From Octopus sinensis (lineage: Eukaryota), in assembly GCF_006345805.1 (NCBI RefSeq), contig NC_043002.1, forward strand, positions 118,544,001-118,577,000: a DNA stretch of 33,000 bases, written 5' to 3'. A program made the position numbers and the translations under genes. The notes under the pieces were generated by a model. The model searched no databases. It was given only the letters and a program-made list of their open reading frames with translations, and had not been told where the DNA came from. Positions 26,475 to 33,000 of this stretch are shown one piece after another. Within the stretch, counting starts at the first letter, position 1; every line of letters begins with the position of its first letter.

Positions 26475-27029
26475 TTGGGTTGTCCGGAAAGTTCGTGCCG
26501 ATTTTTAAAGCAAAGAAAAAGGTCAATAAATACTTGCCATTACATTTTTAATCAACCAAATATGAACCATTTTGTTGCACAATGCGACTCCATCTTTCCT
26601 TTAACTTGAAAATGCCCTCTTCCCAGAATTGAGGTGGTTTCATGGCAAAGAATTCATCAAGGTATCTTTTTACGTCATCTAAGGAATTGAAATTTTTACC
26701 ATTAGGACTATTCTGCAGAGACCTGAATAAGTGGAAATCCGAAGGAGCAACATCTGGTGAATATGGAAGGTGGGGTAACACATCCCAGCCGAGCTGCAGC
26801 AATTTTTGTCTGGTTCCCCAAAGCATCAAGTGCCGAAAATGAACTTTCTTATTTTCCATTTTAAAGGGTTACAGAATGAACACAGGTTATAGGAACATAA
26901 ACCTTCTTCCACGAAAAGATCACTTAAACTGTTCTCTAAATGGAGGTGTAGTCAAATCCTATTTCATGGACTCAACCATGTTCTAAAATAAGCTACTATA
27001 AATCGGCACGAACTTTCCGGACAACCCAA
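26475..27029 (-). mobile_element. Young internally deleted mariner element, 555 bp
   Basis: Perfect 30-bp TIRs TTGGGTTGTCCGGAAAGTTCGTGCCGATTT and TA TSDs (26473-26474 and 27030-27031). Confidence 0.95.
26548..26859 (-). pseudogene. Mariner transposase with in-frame internal deletion (103-aa ORF)
   Basis: N-terminus MENKKVHFRHLML is fused to TRQKLLQLGWDVLPHLPYSPDVAPSDFHLFRSLQN, which carries the YSPDLAPSD motif with the third catalytic Asp, and the native C-terminus. Confidence 0.9.
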
Positions 27030-27845
27030 TAAAACATATCGCAATATTGTGCAAATAGCTTTCACGTTACTCCCCTTTTTCCCCCACTTTCACTATCTCC
27101 AGTTATTTCTTTCTGTTGCACCTCCCCCTTTCTACTCTTCCTCATCTATTTCCAGCATGTGAAACCCTCCTGCTCACGAAACTCTCATCTCTCTGTCATA
27201 CCTCTAATTTTCTCAATCACCACCATTCGAGCATTTAATCTTGTATTCCATATTTCTTCAGTGTTTTGCATGTGCACTATCGTTTTATTTTGTTTTGCTC
27301 TTAGAAGGTTATTCTTTTTCTGTTCTAGTTGCTAGAGCTTAATCATATATATTTTCGTATCTTTTGTGTTTTCTTTGTCGTACTTGCTATAATATAACTG
27401 AATTCTTCATGTTAATTTTTTTGTAATGGATGTTTATCGACGTTACTGTGGCTAGCGGTGCTGTCATGAGGTGTCGAAACAGCGAATATCCTATGTGAAC
27501 AAGCTAGTATGTGTGTATGTGTGTATGTGTGTATGTATGTATGTATGTATGTATGTATGTATGTATGTATGTATGTATGTATGTATGTATGTATGTATGT
27601 ATGTATGCGTGTATGTGTGTATGTGTGTATGTATGCATGCATGCATGCATGTATGTATGTATCTAACTGAATATGTATATATATTTTTCTTATTCCTTAT
27701 CTTTCCATTCGGTAGAAGAGCTTAGGCTCAAAATATTAAAGACTTCTTCCAAATATCCTGAGCGACAACCTAACACAACCTATGTATGTGTGTGTGTGTG
27801 TGGTGTGTCTCTAACTCTCCCCAAATTGATATTTTAAACATTTCT

Positions 27846-28056
27846 GGATGCTGCTCTTTTATGGTATTTTGTCTTGCACTTATCGCTCGTGTGTTTACGT
27901 ATTTTTGACTCGTTGGTGATGTCCTGTACTTGATGCATTTTATATTTATTTGGCTATCTATAATCGAACGCCATGCAGCCTTGTCCACAGTGAGTTTTTA
28001 CCCTTATTTTTAATTTCTGCGACTCTACTCGCTGTTCCCTTTCTTTCTTTCTTTCT

Positions 28057-28107
<51 letters not shown>

Positions 28108-28738
28108 GTCACTCTACAACCTTCTTCATTTTCTCTTTCTTCCCCTCTTTCTTTGTTGTCCCCTGTCTATCTACCACCCCTTACTATCTTTCGTTCCTTC
28201 TTCCTTCTCCTTACTATCTTTGTTTCTTTCTCTCATCCTCTCTCTTGTCTCCTTTCTCTGCTTATTTGCTCCCACGTGACTACAGGCAATTTTTTTCTCA
28301 CCTCTGTCTTTTCTGGACGCTACGTCCACTTAGCTGGGCGTCCTTTTTCTCGCCTCCCGACATTTTTTCTCTTTTTTCTTCAACTATTTTCTTCTGTTTA
28401 TTCTATAAGGTTTCAAACTTTTTCCCAGGCGTTACCCATTACAATGTGTCTTGGCCTAACGGCCCTTGATGTTTGTCTTCGACGATTGTTTACTCAGTAT
28501 GCCCATTATATCGTTGTTTGTTCTTTCGAAGCTCTAACTCTCCACAAATTTTATATTTTAAGAATATACGGATGCTGCAGTTTTGTGAAGTTTTCCTATC
28601 TTGTCGTTGAAAGCTTGAAATAGGGAGTAATTAGCAGTCGACAACTGAGGAGAGGTTCGAATTCTTTTGGTATTTTGTCCTGCACTTATCGCTTGTGTGC
28701 TTGCGTATCTTTCACTCGTTGGTGATGTCCTGTACTTG

Positions 28739-28745
<7 letters not shown>
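27846..28745. repeat. Two related copies of an interspersed repeat segment (about 27858-27935 and 28665-28742)
   Basis: TGGTATTTTGTC.TGCACTTATCGCT.GTGTG...CGTAT.TTT.ACTCGTTGGTGATGTCCTGTACTTGATG occurs twice. The family was not identified; it may be a Penelope-like terminal repeat. Confidence 0.6.
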
Positions 28746-28823
<78 letters not shown>

Positions 28824-28845
28824 GCGTGTGTGTGTATATACACAC

Positions 28846-28876
<31 letters not shown>

Positions 28877-28916
28877 CACACATACATACATATAAATACA
28901 TACACACCCACCCACG

Positions 28917-28958
<42 letters not shown>

Positions 28959-28964
28959 CATGTA

Positions 28965-29164
28965 TATCTTTATCTTTTATCTGTTACTTGTTTCAGTCAT
29001 TGGACTGCGGCCATGCTCGGGCACCGCCTTGAAGAGTTTTAGTCCAATGAATAGGCCCCAGTATTTTTTAAAACCTGATATTTATTCTATAGGCCTATTT
29101 TCCGAACCGCTAAGTTATTGGGATGTAAATACACCAACACTGGTTGTGAAGCGGTGGTGGGTGA

Positions 29165-29168
<4 letters not shown>
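28965..29168 (-). mobile_element. 3' half of family B SINE, minus strand
   Basis: Reverse complement gives CTTAGCGGTTCGGAAAA...ATAGAATAAATA...GCGGTGCCCGAGCATGGCCGCAGTCCAATGACTGAAACAAGTAA, matching 11630-11760. Confidence 0.85.
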
Positions 29169-29201
<33 letters not shown>

Positions 29202-29214
29202 TCAGTGTAACTTT

Positions 29215-29822
29215 TGAAAGCCCTTAGATTTTCAGCGTGTACTCGTGTACTCGTTTAGTTTCATATCACCAACAGTATTTCCTCAAAAAAAAAAAAAGTC
29301 AAACGATTTAAAAAAATTTTAATCCCGGTGTTGATTTTTCTTCCTGAGAAAAAATGTTTTAGCTGACATGCGTCTTCAGGAAAGTGCGTTTTCATTAACA
29401 TTGTACACTTACTCTGGTGTATAGCCCACTTCAGCAATCATTTCCTCCAGCTGCCCAGAGTAATTAGTACAACCTCTGTATTAGCACTCACAGATTGACC
29501 AATCGTTTTTATGCTATTCAAATTTATGCACGTTCAAACCAAAAAGGGTTTTTCATTAGAAGTTTCTCCTATTTTTACATCGGGTCTATGGAAGAATAAT
29601 GTCCGGACTGTTAATGGAGTAGTTTCTTGAACACTTGGCAATTTTCTCTCTGTTGTCACCTATTGTTCTCACTGTAGACATTGCAAGATTTAATGTTTTG
29701 ACTATATAACTTACGCGTTAACTTCTTTTTTAAACATCAAGTTTAAAATCTAGTGTAATCCCTCTACAGTTCCTTTTCGTACTACAACCTTCAAGACTAC
29801 TTGATAGCTTCTTCCTAGACGT
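29215..29822 (-). pseudogene. Tigger/pogo-type transposase fossil (CENP-B-like HTH plus the start of the DDE domain, internally deleted)
   Basis: Manual translation gives RGITLDFKLDV*KR...VKTLNLAMSTVRTIGDNREKI (HTH). It then gives IAEVGYTPE*VYNVNENALS*RRMSAKTFFSQEEKSTPGLK...GNTVGDMKL, which parallels GGYLPEQVFNVDETGLFWKKMP.RTFISKEEK.APGFK...GNA.GDFKLK. Confidence 0.8.
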
Positions 29823-30777
29823 CCTAAATCGAAGGCAAATCCAGCAGCAGCGGCGGTTAATTATCTACAACAAATAGGTAGTAAGAAAAGAATGACTCAG
29901 GAAAGACCTGATCTGCAACAGTTGTGTTTAATCTCAAGTCAACCCTCGTAGGTCTCAGATCAAAATCATTTCATCCAACCTTTAAAATACACTAGGATAC
30001 CACAATGCAAAATTTATATTTGAAAATGATTTGCTTATCCTCTTCATACTAAATGTTATTGTTGGTGGTTGTGTTCGTTTTGATGATAGAAACACACGCA
30101 TACACATATATGCACACACACTCATTATTTACTTTACAATATATAGATGTATGTGTGTGGCTGCTAAGTTAAGAAGACTGAAGTTTTAAACAGCGCAACA
30201 CAAATTTCCGTAAGAGCGAAATTACAGACCGTATACCGAAATTAATGGTCATACTTTTTAATTTCCGCCAGCGCAAAATCCCATAACCTCTGTGGGCAAT
30301 CTCAGCCACATCACCAGGATATGGAGTGATGTTAGCTTTTATTAGTTGGCAGCTCTTTCTTATGCGGATTTTACAGTCAGAATTTTGTTTATGTATATTT
30401 TATAACCAGACTGTAACCAGGTTTTGTATTTTGGTCGTTATAGTTCCACATCAATTGATTCATATTTTGAGCATTAGAGTTACACGTCATCAGTGATGTG
30501 CTTATTTGGCTTGCAACGTAAGTTGTTTGCGTGTTAATTGTAGCCTTGAATTGCGATTATGAGAATTGCTATCATAATCAATCGTTTATCTCTGCCGGGA
30601 ATTCTTTAAAGTATGGATGTATTATTTGTAAACACAAAGCAGCAATTTCTTACTTATTAGCTATTAAGCTACATATATGACTCAATAGCCTAAATTTCTA
30701 TCTCACAGCACTTGTCAAACTCTCTCTCTTAATATATAAGCGTATTTGTGTGTGTATGTGTTTGTGTGTGTGTGAGA

Positions 30778-30833
<56 letters not shown>

Positions 30834-30928
30834 AAGAGAGAAAGAGAGAGAGAGCGAGTGTGTGTGTATGTGTGTGTGTGCATGTGCGCGCTTGCATGTA
30901 CATGCATAGATAGCCTCATTCATAAACC

Positions 30929-31309
30929 GGTTTGTTGACCAGATGATATACGCATGGTAATTTCATGCCACTTTAAATTCAGAGTTGAATTCATATATGG
31001 CTGTGTGAACATGTTCATATCATTGATGAGATTGAGTCATAGGCAAAGGGAACCAAGACGGCAATTTAAGAGAGAGGGAGAGAGAGAGAGGTGGGGGTGG
31101 GGGAGAGGGAGAGGGAAAGAGAGAAGTTTTAAAATAGACATTATTATATTAAATTAATTTTTTTTTAGCTCGCTTTTACTGTTCGTAAAAAGGTTTGCTG
31201 ATCAGATATGCGCGTGGCTCTTTCATGCAAATTTAAACTTCTTTGCCAGTCCAATTTATATATGGCTATATGAACACGCTCGTAGAGAGGCAGAGAAAAA
31301 AGAGTAAGA

Positions 31310-31344
<35 letters not shown>

Positions 31345-32000
31345 GGAGGGATAAAAGAGAGATAATGTAATGATATCGATGAAGGTTTTAAAATAGAAAC
31401 ATTATTCAGTTACGTTTTAACCATTCGTAAAAGTGTTTGTTGTCATATGCGCCTGGCTATCTGATGCAATATTAAACTCAGAGATATTTGCCACTCGAAT
31501 TTTTATATCAATAATATAGTGTGAACGTGCGTATCAATGATGAGATTGATTCATGGACGGAGCGAAGTGTAGGATATTAGAGAGATAGGTGTTTTAAAAT
31601 AGGAATATTAATATAGATGCTTTTTTAGCTCCTTACTTTCTACCATTCGTAACGGTTTGCTGATCAGATATGCGTGTGCGATTTCAAGCGACTTCAAACT
31701 TAGAGGTTTACCAAGAGGATTTATTATATGGTTGTTTATAAATGCATCAGTCAGAGAGGGATACGAGAGGGGGAGGAGAGAGAGGAAGAGAGAGAGAGAA
31801 GGAAGGAGCGAGAGGTGGTATGTGTAAAAGGAGAAACATATAAGAATTGATTTTTTTTTTAACCAGAAATGTTAAATTAAATTAAAAATTTGTAACTTGC
31901 TTAGACCGTTAGCAAAAAAGAGATATTAAAATAGAAGTGTTATTGAATTAAATTAAAATGCTTAGCATGATTTAAGTGAAGGGGTTCGCTTGTCAGATAT
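30929..32000. repeat. Ancient degenerate tandem array, about 220-330-bp unit, 4-5 copies
   Basis: GGTTTG.TGA.CAGATATGCG recurs at about 30929, 31192, 31433, 31653 and 31983. TTTTAAAATAG and TTCGTAA also recur. Unit length varies with internal GA tracts. Confidence 0.7.
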
Positions 32001-32152
32001 GTACGTAGTTATCCCTTGCAAATTGAAATTTAAAGATATTTTCAGTGTAACACATATATATGTTGGTGTCAACATACTCTTATCAGATGTAAGATATTTA
32101 CACGTATATGGTTATATATATGATATATATATATATATGTATAATATTCACA

Positions 32153-32196
<44 letters not shown>

Positions 32197-32389
32197 TCAT
32201 TCACACACGTATAACAGGACTCTAACAAGCAAAACCAACAATGACAATAGAATTTATCAATATGACTTTTGGAGAATAGCAAATCTAAATGGATTAGGAA
32301 AAATTATAAATAAACGTTTGCAGGGAATGTGTGTCAAAGTGCGAAGTGCTGAACCCAAAGATATATGTCAACCAGCACATAATCTAGAG

Positions 32390-32556
32390 CAGTGCTCCGC
32401 AACCTTTTCCCACTTGCGGGAAATTCGGCGGCACACATCAACTAAAAATACAACTAAAAGTATAGGGAAAAAATTATATTCAGGTTACACTGTGGCACAC
32501 CTAGCAACGTCTCGTGGCACACCAGTGTGCCGCAACATACCGGTTGCGGAGCACTG
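32390..32556. mobile_element. 167-bp hAT MITE with perfect TIR and TSD
   Basis: TIRs CAGTGCTCCGCAACC and GGTTGCGGAGCACTG (15/15). Perfect 8-bp TSD ATCTAGAG (32382-32389 and 32557-32564) of NNNTANNN Buster type. Confidence 0.95.
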
Positions 32557-32882
32557 ATCTAGAGCGAAGTTGAAGGAGCTACGAAATAGTGTGTGAATGT
32601 TTGTATCGTGGGGTTATTAATAAGTTTAAAATTTCGTTTAGTTGTAGGTAATTCTTAATTCATACCAGTTTATGCAATTAAATGTGAAAAGAAGGTGGGT
32701 AGAAGGAATGAGTTTGGAGCGAAGAGGGGAGCCTAAAATAAAAATAAAAATTATACTGATATGAATTGATTTGAGCAGATCGATCTGTGGTAAAAAGGAA
32801 AGGTTTTATAAAATGTGGCGGCGGCACGAGATTGTTATGTCACTTAATTACTTTAATAGAAGATTATTTTCATTTGTGAAGA

Positions 32883-33000
32883 TGTGTGGCTCAGTGGTTA
32901 GGGGCATTAGGCTCACGATCGTCAGTTCGAATCACGGCGGCGCCTTGTGTCCTTGAGCAAGACACTTTATTACACGTTGCCCCAGTCCATTCAGCTGGCA
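32883..33000 (+). mobile_element. tRNA-derived SINE, family A, truncated by the window end
   Basis: A box TGGCTCAGTGG (32887-32897), B box AGTTCGAATC, and CCTTGAGCAAGACACTT...CAGTCCATTCAGCTGGCA as in the 867 copy. Confidence 0.82.

Noticed and set aside
28630-28665. CTGAGGAGAGG as a possible hammerhead core
   Set aside because: No GAAA follows stem II and no stem I partner is present. It is at best a truncated relic.

Overview
This is AT-rich eukaryotic non-coding DNA, packed with repeats. The SINE families and microsatellite style look like an octopus (cephalopod mollusc) genome; that assignment is an inference and no search was run. I find no supportable host protein-coding gene. All long ORFs in the track are read-throughs of microsatellites, including the three ORFs of more than 1200 aa across a 3.65-kb CAT/CAC array, or are transposon remnants. 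The window is a layered transposable-element graveyard. It holds a decayed Buster/Charlie-type hAT transposase, several Helitron-like pieces, tRNA-derived CORE-like SINEs, a Merlin-like MITE with a perfect 8-bp TSD, a heavily decayed HERO-type RLE LINE, a fold-back mariner, a young in-frame-deleted mariner, a Tigger/pogo fossil and small hAT MITEs. The most interesting signal is an apparently intact minimal type I hammerhead ribozyme on the minus strand at 19662-19722. It lies in the second copy of a roughly 256-262-bp tandem unit whose first copy carries a decayed hammerhead, an arrangement like a Penelope-like pLTR or non-LTR retrozyme.
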